Assembly: GCA_017881445.1 (NCBI GenBank)
Contig: JADGQX010000003.1
Location: forward strand, 1 to 61,574
DNA length: 61,574 nt
Origin: Gemmatimonadota bacterium
Lineage (GTDB): Bacteria > Gemmatimonadota > Gemmatimonadetes > Longimicrobiales > RSA9
Direction of reading: 5' to 3'
Shown here: one piece after another, positions 39,657 through 49,356 of the stretch
Layout of the letters: every line of letters begins with the position of its first letter
How positions within the stretch are numbered: the stretch's first letter is position 1
Made by a program: the position numbers and the translations under genes
The notes under the pieces: model-generated
Database searches by the model: none
What the model was told of the DNA's origin: nothing
What the model saw: only the letters and a program-made list of their open reading frames with translations

Positions 39657-41675
39657 ATGAAACCTCTCTGCCGGCTCATGCTCATCCCGAGTCTCGCCTT
39701 CTTCACCGCCGCTCCCGCTCTCGGCCAGGCGACGCAGCCGCCGCTCGGCACCCGCGGCGTCCCGATCATCGAGCAGGGCGGCCTCCGGTTCCGGGACCTC
39801 GATCGGAACGGGCGGCTGGATCCGTACGAGGATTGGCGGCTGGCGCCGGAGGCACGCGCCCGCGACCTCGTCGCCCGCATGACGCTCGAGGAGAAGGCGG
39901 GCGCGATGATGCACGGTACCGCGCGCACGGGCGGGGCGACGGGCGGCGTCGGCTTCGGCGCGGGCTACGACACTACCGCCAACCGCGTGCTCATCGACAG
40001 CGCCCACGTCACGTCGATGATCACCCGCCTCATCGGCGACGCCGGGACGCTGGCGACGCAGAACAATCTGCTGCAGGAGATGGCCGAGCGCGGGAGGCTC
40101 GGGATCCCGCTCCTGATCAGCACCGACCCGCGCAACCACGCCCAGAACGTGCCCGGCCAGAGTAGCGGAGCACCCGTCTTCTCGCGCTGGCCGGAGGCGC
40201 CCGGCCTCGCGGCCACGTTCGATACGGCGCTGGTGCACCGCTTTGGTGACATCGCACGTCGCGAGTATCGAGCGGTGGGCATCCAGATGACGCTCAGCCC
40301 CCAGGCCGACCTGGCCACCGAGCCCCGCTGGAACCGCATTTCCGGCACCTTCGGCGAGGACGCCGACCTCGCCCAAGGCATGGTGCGCGCGTACGTCGAG
40401 GGGTTCCAGCACGGCGCGCACGGCGTGGACGCCGAGGGCGTGGCCGCCGTCGTGAAGCACTGGCTGGGCTACGGCGCGCAGCGGGAGGGCCTCGACAGCC
40501 ACAACTACTACGGCCGCTTCGCCGACTTCGGCCCGGCCCGGGGGGCCACCAACCTCGAGTACCACCTGCGGCCCTACCTCGGCGCCTTCGCCACGCATGT
40601 CGCGGGCGTGATGCCGACGTATTCGATCCTGCAGGGCGCGACCTGGGAGGGACGCCCGGTCGAGCAGGTGGCCGCCGGGTTCAACAAGCAGCTGCTCGAC
40701 GACATGCTGCGCACGCATTACGGCTTCAAGGGTCTCCTGCTCAGCGACTGGACGATCACCAACGACTGCAACACGCGCTGCCGCGAGGGGGCGCCGGTGG
40801 GGGAGCGCCCCTCCTTCGCGGACATCGGCACGCCCTGGGGGATGGAGGACGCGCCGATGCGCGCCCGCTTCGTCAAGGCGGTACACGCCGGCATGGACCA
40901 GTTCGGGGGAACCGAGCGCGCCGACATGCTGGTCGATGCCGTGCGCGCGGGCGAGCTGAAGGAGGTCCGGCTGGACTCGTCGGTCGTGCGGGTGCTGACG
41001 CTCAAGTTCGAGCTGGGTCTCTTCGAGAATCCCTTCGTCGACCCGGCCGCCGCCGCACGCACGGTCGGCAACGCCGGGTTCCAGGCCGCCGGTCTCGACG
41101 GGCAGCGAAGGTCACTCGTCCTGCTGGAGAACGAGGGCGCGCTGCTGCCGCTACGCGCCGGCGCCTTGCGCGTGTACCTGCGCGGGGTCGACTCGGCCGC
41201 CGCGCTGCGCGAGGGGTGGACCGTGGTCTCCGACCCCGCACGGGCGGAGGTGGCGATCGTGCGGCTGGCCGCGCCGTACCAGGTGCTGCACCCGCAGTTC
41301 GTGTTCGGCTCGAGGGCCCACGAGGGGAGTCTCGCGTTCAGCGACAGTACCCCGGGCTTTGCGGAGTTCATGAAAGTGAGCGCGCAGGTGCCGACCGTCG
41401 CCGTCGTCTCACTCGACCGGCCGGCGATCCTGACGCCGCTCAAAGCGCACGCCCGAGCACTCCTCGCCAGTTTCGGCGAGAGTGATCAGGCGCTGCTGGA
41501 CATCCTGACCGGCCGCGCACGGCCGCAGGGGAGGCTGCCGTTCGATCTGCCCGCCTCGATGGAGGCGGTGCTGGCGCAGCGCTCCGATCTCGCGCACGAC
41601 ATCGCGCAGCCCCTGTATCGCTTCGGGTTCGGACTGCGGTACCCCACGGCGCGCGCCGCGGTGAGCGGGAGGTAG
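39657..41675 (+). CDS. GH3 beta-glucosidase/beta-xylosidase-like glycoside hydrolase
   Basis: ATG 39657 starts the signal peptide MKPLCRLMLIPSLAFFTAAPALG. It contains RMTLEEKAGAMMHG, KHWLGYG and the GLLLSDW nucleophile region. This is the C-terminal two thirds of the chimeric track ORF 38124..41675. Confidence 0.85.
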   Translation: MKPLCRLMLIPSLAFFTAAPALGQATQPPLGTRGVPIIEQGGLRFRDLDRNGRLDPYEDWRLAPEARARDLVARMTLEEKAGAMMHGTARTGGATGGVGFGAGYDTTANRVLIDSAHVTSMITRLIGDAGTLATQNNLLQEMAERGRLGIPLLISTDPRNHAQNVPGQSSGAPVFSRWPEAPGLAATFDTALVHRFGDIARREYRAVGIQMTLSPQADLATEPRWNRISGTFGEDADLAQGMVRAYVEGFQHGAHGVDAEGVAAVVKHWLGYGAQREGLDSHNYYGRFADFGPARGATNLEYHLRPYLGAFATHVAGVMPTYSILQGATWEGRPVEQVAAGFNKQLLDDMLRTHYGFKGLLLSDWTITNDCNTRCREGAPVGERPSFADIGTPWGMEDAPMRARFVKAVHAGMDQFGGTERADMLVDAVRAGELKEVRLDSSVVRVLTLKFELGLFENPFVDPAAAARTVGNAGFQAAGLDGQRRSLVLLENEGALLPLRAGALRVYLRGVDSAAALREGWTVVSDPARAEVAIVRLAAPYQVLHPQFVFGSRAHEGSLAFSDSTPGFAEFMKVSAQVPTVAVVSLDRPAILTPLKAHARALLASFGESDQALLDILTGRARPQGRLPFDLPASMEAVLAQRSDLAHDIAQPLYRFGFGLRYPTARAAVSGR

Positions 41676-41773
41676 CGGGGCCATTCCGCGTCCAGCGGCA
41701 TCGAGGCGGCATCGACGCGCCGCCTCTCGTCCACCGCGCACCCCGCTCCTGGCGACGTCAGGCCCTCAGCACT

Positions 41774-43270
41774 TCAGGTGCTCGATGCTGCGGCGGAATG
41801 CGCCGGTTCCTCCCACGGCCCTTCGCTCACGGCCGACAGCTTCTTCATCGTCGGGATCACCGCGGCGGCGATCACGGTTCCGATCACGGCCACGATGCCC
41901 AGCTTCGTGAAGAGGTTCGTGTAGAGAGGTAGCGTGGCGACGGGATTCGTCACGTTCTGGGGCACGCTCGCGAACGTGGCGACGAGGCTCCCGAGGTACT
42001 GCGCGATCCCGCTCCCCAGGAACCACACGCCCATGATGAACCCGCGCAGCGACGGCCCGACGTAACGCGCGACCACCGCGAGGCCGAGACCGCTGATGAG
42101 GAGCTCTCCCAGCGACTGGAACCCATAGCCGGTGATCATCCACCAGAACGAGACCTTGCCCGCGCTGGCGAAGTGACCGCTGAATCCGTAGATGAAGAAT
42201 CCGAGGCTCAGGACCGCGAAGCCCATCGCGAACTTCGTGGAGATGTGGAAGTCTCCGCCCTTGCCCTTACCGAGGTGCGTGTAAAGCCAGGCGAGCCCCG
42301 GGCTCAGGGCGAAAACCCAGATCGGATTCAGCGCCTGGACCTGCCCTGCGGGGACGTCGTACCCGAAGAAGTTGAGGTCGACGTTGCGCAGCGAGAAGAG
42401 CGTGAGCGACGTCGACATCTGCTGATAGAAGATGAAGAAGAGCATGCCCAGCCCCGTCAGGATCAGCACGGCGATGAGACCCTTGCGCTCGCGCTCGCTG
42501 CCCCTGCGCATCATGATCCCGAAGATCGCGAGCATCGTGACGAAGCCGAGGAAGACGGTGCCCTGTGCGACGGTGCGGTTCTGGATGATGAACGTCACCA
42601 GCACGATGCCGACGGCGATTCCGATGAGGACCAGGACGAGGCGCTTCACGTTCAGGGGCTGGAAGTCGGGCTCGGAGCCCACGTGCCGGAGATAGCGGCT
42701 CATCGCCAGGTAATTGAGGAGGCCGACGACGAGCCCGGCCGCGCAGACCGCGAAGGCAACGTGCCAGCCGACCTTGACCGCGATGAGCGGCGTCGCGAGC
42801 TGCGATGCGGTCGCACCGATGTTGACCGCCATGTAGTACATCGTGAACGCGCTGTCGATCTTGGCGGAATCGCCCTCGAAGAGCTTGGAGATCATGTTGG
42901 CGGGGTTCGCCTTGAAGATGCCCCCGCCGACCGCCACCAGGCCCAGCGCCGGGAAGAGAAGCTCGGGACGGTCCGGAATGGAGAGCCCGATGTATCCGAG
43001 GACGAGGATCAGCGCACCGAGCACCATCGTGCGGCGGCTCCCCAGGAGCTTGTCGCCGATCCAGCCACCGACCGCGGGAACCGTGTAGGCAAGCAACGCG
43101 AACGCGCCAAACGTGAGGTTGGCGCGGTCGTCGGTGTAGCCGAGCTTCTGCACCATGAAGAGCACGACCACGGCCGTCATGCCGTAGTAGCCGAACCTCT
43201 CCCACAGCTCGATGAGGAAGAGGGTCGTGAATCCCTTCGTCCGCGAAGGCGTCTGCGCCTCTGTCGTCAT
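41774..43270 (-). CDS. POT/PTR2-family di-/tripeptide:proton symporter
   Basis: ATG 43270 follows GAGGAAA. The PTR2 signature GFTTLFLIELWERFGYYGM is present, with about 14 TM segments. Confidence 0.9.
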   Translation of the reverse strand: MTTEAQTPSRTKGFTTLFLIELWERFGYYGMTAVVVLFMVQKLGYTDDRANLTFGAFALLAYTVPAVGGWIGDKLLGSRRTMVLGALILVLGYIGLSIPDRPELLFPALGLVAVGGGIFKANPANMISKLFEGDSAKIDSAFTMYYMAVNIGATASQLATPLIAVKVGWHVAFAVCAAGLVVGLLNYLAMSRYLRHVGSEPDFQPLNVKRLVLVLIGIAVGIVLVTFIIQNRTVAQGTVFLGFVTMLAIFGIMMRRGSERERKGLIAVLILTGLGMLFFIFYQQMSTSLTLFSLRNVDLNFFGYDVPAGQVQALNPIWVFALSPGLAWLYTHLGKGKGGDFHISTKFAMGFAVLSLGFFIYGFSGHFASAGKVSFWWMITGYGFQSLGELLISGLGLAVVARYVGPSLRGFIMGVWFLGSGIAQYLGSLVATFASVPQNVTNPVATLPLYTNLFTKLGIVAVIGTVIAAAVIPTMKKLSAVSEGPWEEPAHSAAASST

Positions 43271-43369
43271 GTTCGTTTCCTCGATCCGTGAGTGCCGGCG
43301 GGTTGCCAACTATTATCTACTGCGGAAGACCGTGGCGCCACTGCCACGGACCGAGGCGGCGGAATGCCG

Positions 43370-43892
43370 TCACCCTCCGGGTGCCGCTTCGAGCTCCTCG
43401 CACACCCAGAGGTCCATCTCGACCGCGGCTCGCACCTGAAGTGCCGCCCTGGACTCTGCCGTCCCGATCCGCCCCAGCGCCCACGCCGCGTGTCCGCGCA
43501 CCAGCGGCTCCGGGTCCTCGAGCGCGCGCACCAGCGCCGGCACCGCCTCGGGCGCGCCCCAGTTCCCCAGCGCCACGGCGACGTTCCGGAGGAATCCCGC
43601 GCGGCGAGCCCGCCGGATCGCCGAGCCGCGCGAGAACTCGTCCCAGGCCGCCTCGTCCATCGCCAAGAGATCGGGGAGCACGGGGTAGGACGTGCCCGGG
43701 ACGGTCCGTCGTGAATCCGAATCCAGGCGCGCAGCGCCGGAATCCAGCGCCGCAGGCGCGGAGTCCGAATCCGGTCGTTTCGAGCCCGAGCCCGAGCCCG
43801 AGCCCGGCCGTGCAAGGTATCCCCTCTCCCGCGTCAGCCGCACGAACTTCTCGCCATTCCACGGGCAGACCTCCTGGGAGATCTGCCGACTC
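43370..43892 (-). pseudogene. queG 3'-end copy A (from the distal Fe-S motif to the stop)
   Basis: It begins ...SQEVCPWNGEKFVRLTRERGYLAR (CQEVCPWN with the first Cys replaced). It continues AMDEAAWDEFSRGSAIRRARRAGFLRNVAVALGNWGAPEAVPALVRALEDPEPLVRGHAAWALGRIG, near-identical to full-length QueG at 54399..55658. There is no N-terminal catalytic part. Confidence 0.8.
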
Positions 43893-44051
43893 ACCCGTTT
43901 CAGAATCTCGCTCCGGACGGGGTCGCGGAGGTTGTGACTGCCATTACGGACGCGGTCGGTCGGTGCCGAGCAGCTCCAAGCGGCGGCGCATCGCTGCAAC
44001 CCGTGGTTGGAGCGGCCCGGCGGGGCGTGCGGCCAGGGGACTCCAGGCCGG

Positions 44052-46046
44052 TCACCTGCCGCCGCGCGCAGTGATCTCCAGCACGACCACCGAATACGGC
44101 TTCAGCTCGATGGACAGATCACGCCCGTAGGCGATTGTGCTCTCGACCGGCGCGATCCGGTTCGGCTCGGCCAGCGACGCGGCGTCCGTCGGGGCCCCGC
44201 TCACCGTATACAGCGTCGCGCCGGCGTCGGCCGGCACGCGGGTTCCCTGCAGCCGGACGAGGAGCGTGTTGCGGCCGCCCTCGTAGTTCACCGCCTTGAT
44301 GACGATGCGGCGGCCGTCGGCACTGGAGGTCGCAACGGCATCCACGGTCCCCGGCCGCCAGTCTTCCGGCTTCATCTGCGAGATGTCGTCGAAGAACGGG
44401 CGCCGGTCCGGCAGGTCGCGGAAGGTGCCCCGGGCCGAAGCCAGGTAGTTCTCCCCGTAGTGCTCGCGGAACAGCTTCTCGACCACGTAGCCGCCGCCCG
44501 GGAACCACGTCACGTGGTCGTGGTAGATGAACGACGTCCAGGTCGGGTCGTCGGTGGTGTTGCGCAGCAACAGCGCCGGGCAGGCCATGGTCAATTCCGG
44601 TCCCAGCCGCTCGTACAGCATCAGCATGCCGGCCGCGTGAAGACCGGCCCGCCAGTCGTAGGTGCGGCTGAGATTCCACTCCAGGACGCCGAGCCTGAGG
44701 TTCGGGTGCTTCGAGCCCCGCACGTAGTCCCGCAGCTTGACCAGGTAGTCTTCGATGCGCTGCACGCCCGTCTCGTAGAGATCGCTCTCGTACTCGTAGT
44801 TGTGCACGCCCAGCACATCGAAGTTGTCGCCGGCCAGGTCGATGACCTTCTGGCTCCAGGCCATGTCGTTGGAGCGTTTCTGGCCACAGGCGACGATGGT
44901 CGCCCCCGGAGCGATGCGGCGAAGCTGGCCACCGTACAAGTTCACGATCTCGGCGTACTTCTCCGGCGTCAGCCCGTGATTCATGGGCTCGTTGTCGATC
45001 TGGAACATGTGCACGCCGTACGGTGCCGGATGCCCGTTCTTCGCCCGCAGCCGACCCCACTCCGTGGTCTCCGGGTCGTTCAGGTAGTGCACCCAGTCCA
45101 TGGCGTACTGCACGGAATCCGGGTCGGTGGTGGTGGCGGGCAGAACCACGAGCGGCTCGGTCTGGACCTCACGGGCCAGTTGCATGAATTCCTCGGTGCC
45201 GAACCCGTAATAGTCCGAGTAGCCGCCCCAGAGCACGTTCGGGTGGTACACGCGGGAAACCGCCGGCCCGATGCCGTCCTTCCAGCGGTAAACCGAGGCG
45301 TATGACCCGCCCGGCCAGCGGATGAACGGCGGAGCGAGCTGCCGTATCGCCTGCACCAGGTCCGGTCGGAGCTTGTCGGTCGCACGCAGGTCCGCCCGCA
45401 TCAGCGACACGAAGTCGATGAGCACGGCGCCGGAGCGCGTTGCGGCGATCTCCACGGACGCGGCGGTGTCCGTGCGCACGCTCGTGAACGCGAACCGGGC
45501 CTCCTGCCAGGCCGAGCCCGCGACCGGTAGCGGCCGCTCCGCCATGAGCCTTCCGTCCGAGCCGATCACCCGCAGCGCGAGCCGCGGCGTCCCCGCTTCA
45601 CGGCGGACCCACAGGGAGCCATCGTAGCGCCGTCCCGCTTGCAGGTAGACCCGGCCCTGGCGGATCCCGGCGGCGGGCCTGCCCGCCACAAGGCGCACGC
45701 TCTTCTCGCCGCGCTCGAACGGCACCTGCGCCACCTGCACCCGGCCGGAATCGCCGAACGCCCGCCAGTAGGTCGCGAAATCGCTCCCCTCGAAGCCGCT
45801 CCCTCGGATCTGCTCGGCGTACAGCCCGTCCACGACGGAGTGGTTGATGTGCTCCAGGAAATGGCCGTAGACCTTGACGTCGATGGGGCCGATCCTGTGG
45901 TCGGTATCGACCAGCAGAACCGAGACGCCCGGTCCACGCGACCGATCCGGCCGGCTCTGCGACTGGCCCGCTGCCGGAAGCCCAGCCACGCCGCATCCGA
46001 GCAGCAGGAGCGGGAGGATGCCGAGTCTGCGCTGGAGGTGCATCAA
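44052..46046 (-). CDS. GH51-like alpha-L-arabinofuranosidase
   Basis: The signal peptide is MMHLQRRLGILPLLLLGCGVAGL. The layout is an N-terminal CBM-like domain, a catalytic region (IRWPGGSYASVYRWKDGIGP, FQIDNEPM) and a C-terminal beta-sandwich. Confidence 0.6.
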   Translation of the reverse strand: MMHLQRRLGILPLLLLGCGVAGLPAAGQSQSRPDRSRGPGVSVLLVDTDHRIGPIDVKVYGHFLEHINHSVVDGLYAEQIRGSGFEGSDFATYWRAFGDSGRVQVAQVPFERGEKSVRLVAGRPAAGIRQGRVYLQAGRRYDGSLWVRREAGTPRLALRVIGSDGRLMAERPLPVAGSAWQEARFAFTSVRTDTAASVEIAATRSGAVLIDFVSLMRADLRATDKLRPDLVQAIRQLAPPFIRWPGGSYASVYRWKDGIGPAVSRVYHPNVLWGGYSDYYGFGTEEFMQLAREVQTEPLVVLPATTTDPDSVQYAMDWVHYLNDPETTEWGRLRAKNGHPAPYGVHMFQIDNEPMNHGLTPEKYAEIVNLYGGQLRRIAPGATIVACGQKRSNDMAWSQKVIDLAGDNFDVLGVHNYEYESDLYETGVQRIEDYLVKLRDYVRGSKHPNLRLGVLEWNLSRTYDWRAGLHAAGMLMLYERLGPELTMACPALLLRNTTDDPTWTSFIYHDHVTWFPGGGYVVEKLFREHYGENYLASARGTFRDLPDRRPFFDDISQMKPEDWRPGTVDAVATSSADGRRIVIKAVNYEGGRNTLLVRLQGTRVPADAGATLYTVSGAPTDAASLAEPNRIAPVESTIAYGRDLSIELKPYSVVVLEITARGGR

Positions 46047-46197
46047 TGCGCTCCGGGTGAACAGCGGTGATGGCTCCGGGCAGGTCGGGGGCCCGGCGCG
46101 CCCCGGAGCGAAAATAGCCGACGGCGGGCGTAAAGCGCTCCATTACCACTCGAGACGGCGGCGATGGGGCCACGCCGCCGTCCGACCGTAGCAGCGG

Positions 46198-47730
46198 CTA
46201 GCGCGGAACCACCGTGACGATGATGCGCTTGTAGCGCGAAAGCGCCGGCGTGCCCTTGTCCGTCACCCGCAGGATGAGCTGGATCGTCTGCGGCGTGTCG
46301 ACCTGCGGCGCCTGGACGTCGATATGGATCTGGTTCGGCACAAAGTCCAGCCGGCCCCTGTACGTACCTGCCTCCGGATACTGGAACCAGAAGTAGCTCA
46401 TCGAGTCGCCGTCCGGGTCCGTCGAGGCGCTGGCATCGAGCCTGAAGTATTCGCCCGAGTGCACCGCGAAGCTGTCGGCGCCCGCCAGCCGGGGCACCGG
46501 CGGGTGGTTCGCCTGGGTGAAGCTCTTCACGGTCCAGTCCATCCGCGCAGCGAAATCGTTCTGGAAGTCGTCCCGCCACCGCAGGAGCGTATACCGGTTC
46601 CCGCGGTAAACGGCGGTGTCCAGGCGGAATGCTCTCCCGTACGTCTGGGGCACGATCGGGGAGTAGGCGTCGTCCGCGTTGGTCCAGATGGGACGCGTCT
46701 CCGCCACCGGTGCCTTCTCCTTGCCGGGCTCGGCGAGGTTGTTCGACAGCGGCGTTGGCTCGGGGACATACAGCTCGTAGCGCCCGCCCCACCCGCCCCA
46801 GCTCGGATGCTCGGGCGCATTCAATCCGTTCGGAATCAGCCCCAGGAACGACGGCGTATCTCCCTCCATGCCCCAGGCGACGTCCGGGTAGGCGGCGCCG
46901 AGCGGACCATGCCCCTGCTGGATGTTCTCGGCGATCCAGCGGTTGCTGATCCGCTCGCTCTGCGTCGACGGATCCGGCTGGGTAATCGCCGTCCACGTGG
47001 AGCGGCCGTAGTCTCCCGGACTCACGATGTAGAACACGCTCGGAAACGTCCGCCGGATCCACGGCCCGGAATCATCCTGGTCGGATATCGTGTAGACCCG
47101 CAGCTTTCGGTAGAGCCGCTCCGCCTGCGCCGGCGAGCGGGTGTGCTGGACCTTCCAGAGCGCCTGCGCGAGCGCGGTCGGCCCACCCCACACCGTCACC
47201 CAGACCGGCCGCACGTCCGGCTTCTCCAGGACCCCTATGATCCATTCCGAGGCCTCGGAGTCCTTTCCCTCCCCCACGCCCGCCATGCCGTACATCGCCA
47301 AACTCTGCTTCACGAGCGCGTGCAGCGCACCGGCCGTCGGATAGCTCGGGTCGTGGAGGAGCAGGTTCGCGTGCACCTTCCCGTACGCGTCGATGACCCG
47401 GTGAATCGACTCCGGCGCGACCCGGTTGCGCTGCCAGGTCGATGTGGTGGCGATCAGGCCCTCGATCTGGATCTCGTTCGAGTAGAGCAGCAGGCGAACC
47501 ATCGACTCGGTATCGTCCGGATCCGCCTCGATGTCCGTGAGCACGACGACCCGGTTCCTCGCGGCCGCCCGCGCCGCCTGGGCGGCCGCTGCCGGCGCCA
47601 GACCGAGGAAGCCGCCCGCGCACACCCCGAGTGCCAGCAACCGGACGAATCTCCCGCAACGGCTCGGCCTCCTCGAGTGACGGCTGAGAACGTTCCCCAC
47701 CGCAGGTAACGCCGAAGTGTGGCGATTCAT
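46198..47730 (-). CDS. DUF1593 (nucleoside-hydrolase-like) domain protein
   Basis: RVVVLTDIEADPDDTESMVRLLLYSNEIQIEGLIATTS is the typical DUF1593 N-terminus, followed by a C-terminal Ig-like domain. Confidence 0.7.
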   Translation of the reverse strand: MNRHTSALPAVGNVLSRHSRRPSRCGRFVRLLALGVCAGGFLGLAPAAAAQAARAAARNRVVVLTDIEADPDDTESMVRLLLYSNEIQIEGLIATTSTWQRNRVAPESIHRVIDAYGKVHANLLLHDPSYPTAGALHALVKQSLAMYGMAGVGEGKDSEASEWIIGVLEKPDVRPVWVTVWGGPTALAQALWKVQHTRSPAQAERLYRKLRVYTISDQDDSGPWIRRTFPSVFYIVSPGDYGRSTWTAITQPDPSTQSERISNRWIAENIQQGHGPLGAAYPDVAWGMEGDTPSFLGLIPNGLNAPEHPSWGGWGGRYELYVPEPTPLSNNLAEPGKEKAPVAETRPIWTNADDAYSPIVPQTYGRAFRLDTAVYRGNRYTLLRWRDDFQNDFAARMDWTVKSFTQANHPPVPRLAGADSFAVHSGEYFRLDASASTDPDGDSMSYFWFQYPEAGTYRGRLDFVPNQIHIDVQAPQVDTPQTIQLILRVTDKGTPALSRYKRIIVTVVPR

Positions 47731-47909
47731 GGGCTCCTCGGGAGTGAACGACGGACGTGGCGCCCTCGGCTATCTACGGTCGACCCGCGGCCGCCGTTCC
47801 ACAAGAGGGGATCAGAAGCGCACGGGGTGCTGGACACCGCCAAACCGGGCGACGCTTGCCGCTCCCGGATGAGGCGGGCAACCAGGCTTCTACGAAAAGA
47901 CCCCCTCCC

Positions 47910-48173
47910 TCAGGCGGCCCAGAGCAGGAACACCCCGGCCGCGAGCAGCAGCGGCGAGCTGTAGACGCCCGGCATCGCCGGCCTGAAACGGATCGAGCCG
48001 GCGAAGTGGCCCAGGGCATTGCCGATCCCGATGAGGATGGCGAGGGGCCACGCGATGAGCCGCAGCGGGTGACTCCCACCGAAGGCAGCAGGCGACAGCA
48101 GGAGCAGAAGGACGATGCCCGCGATGAGACCGCCCAGCCACACTGTGAGCACGTCGCCGACGAAGCCACCCAT
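47910..48173 (-). pseudogene. C-terminal fragment of a small polytopic membrane protein (possibly HXXEE-domain family)
   Basis: MGGFVGDVLTVWLGGLIAGIVLLLLLS...NALGHFAGSIRF...LLLAAGVFLLWAA covers only about 87 aa. No credible N-terminus lies upstream. Confidence 0.35.
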
Positions 48174-48387
48174 GACTTCCTCGCGGTCTACAATCCCGTG
48201 GCGAGGACCGTTCGCGAACAACGCGCGGTGCAAGCAGACGTACAACGCGCTGACGCCGCCAGGAACGTGTCCGCTCTGCGGCGGGTGTACGGTTTCCGTG
48301 ACCCCCTTGGCTGGCGAGCACGGGAGGGGAACCGCGCTCGGCGGACGCCGGTGAGCAGCGCCCGCACCATCGCGACGAGCGACCGGG

Positions 48388-48465
48388 TGTTGTTATCCAG
48401 CGCGCCACCACGACGAGATCGTTCAGCGGATCGACGTAGATGATGCGAGGACGGTTACCCGGTCC
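48388..48465 (-). pseudogene. relic of a serine hydrolase / beta-lactamase-family C-terminus
   Basis: GPGNRPRIIYVDPLNDLVVVARWIT resembles the conserved G-x-GGQ-x-I-x-VDP-x-x-DLVVV segment of class-C beta-lactamase-like hydrolases. No ORF context surrounds it. Confidence 0.35.
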
Positions 48466-48510
48466 CGCCCGCCTTCGCCGCATGTGGCAGCGGCGACTCA
48501 ACCGGCCCTG

Positions 48511-49132
48511 TCAATCCACGCCGTCAGGCGGGGGGGCGAAAGCAAGGCGGATCTCCTCGCGCACGCACCGGTCGTCCTGATGCTCAAGGCGTACTTCGAG
48601 CGCCGCCAGCGCTTCCGCCGTCCCGATCCTCCCCAGCGCCCACGCCGCATGCCCGCGCACGAGCGGCTCTGCGTCCTCGAGCGCCCGCACGAGCGCCGGC
48701 ACCGCCTCAGGCGCCCTCCAGTTCCCCAGCGCGACCGCGACATTCCTGAGAAACCCCGCCCGTTTGGCCCGCCGGATCGCCGACCCTCGCGAGAACTCGT
48801 CCCAGGCTACCTCATCCATCGCCATGAGATCGAGGAGTGCCGGACCGGAGGTGTCCGGGATGGAAGCGGAAACCCGCGAGGCTGAGGCCGCCCCTTCCGA
48901 GCCCGAATCCGAATCCAGCGCCGCAGGCGCGGAATCCGAATCCGTGTGTTTCAAGCGCTTCCGGGTCCGGCCACTTTCGGAGAAGCCGGATTCGGATTCG
49001 GATTCCGGCACTGCGTGCCTGGATTCGGATTCGGTGAGGCGCGACGCCCGAGGAAGGTAGCCCGGCTCCCGCATCAGCCGGACCATCTTCGGGCTATTCC
49101 ACGGGCACACTTCCTGGGTGGATTGCCGACTC
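48511..49132 (-). pseudogene. queG 3'-end copy B
   Basis: It begins ...TQEVCPWNSPKMVRLMREPGYLPRA and continues through a long Ser/Asp/Glu linker to AMDEVAWDEFSRGSAIRRAKRAGFLRNVAVALGNWRAPEAVPALVRALEDAEPLVRGHAAWALGRIG. Homology to copy A starts at the same nucleotide position (GAGTCGGCA on the coding strand). Confidence 0.8.
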
Positions 49133-49222
49133 CGTGGATCCCGCCTGACCCTCTCGGTTCGCTTGGGCAACGGCGCGCCGCCCTGGGCGGTCTCCTCCTG
49201 CCACCACGCGCCGACCAGATTG

Positions 49223-49329
49223 CTTTGAAAGCTTTCCCGACATATCTTTCAAAGCATGCCTGGGCATTGAAAGGCCGTCGACCTGCCGCCCCGGAGGCTT
49301 TGTAAGGCTTCGTGGCACACCTTTCAAAG
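49223..49329. promoter_or_regulatory. cluster of CTTT(C/G)AAAG 9-mers upstream of fic
   Basis: CTTTGAAAG lies at 49223-49231, within the palindrome GAAAGCTTTC (49227-49236). CTTTCAAAG is at 49246-49254, TTGAAAG at 49267-49273 and CTTTCAAAG at 49321-49329. The patch is locally AT-rich. Confidence 0.4.
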
Positions 49330-49356
49330 CCCCTCGCCGTTCTGAAAAGGTCCTCG

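Noticed and set aside
38124-41675. Single 1183-aa multidomain protein (FG-GAP plus GH3)
   Set aside because: The middle ~190 residues are Arg/Pro-rich nonsense. The FG-GAP protein continues in another frame (39031..39564). The GH3 part has its own ATG, Shine-Dalgarno-like sequence and signal peptide at 39657. The ORF is a chimera created by a frameshift.
43370-43999. queG-end copies A, B and C as independent functional HEAT-repeat genes
   Set aside because: They start inside a broken Fe-S motif (Cys replaced by Ser or Thr). They have no convincing ribosome-binding site or N-terminal domain, and copy C is cut mid-repeat. The synonymous-substitution pattern means past selection, and residual function cannot be strictly excluded without expression data.
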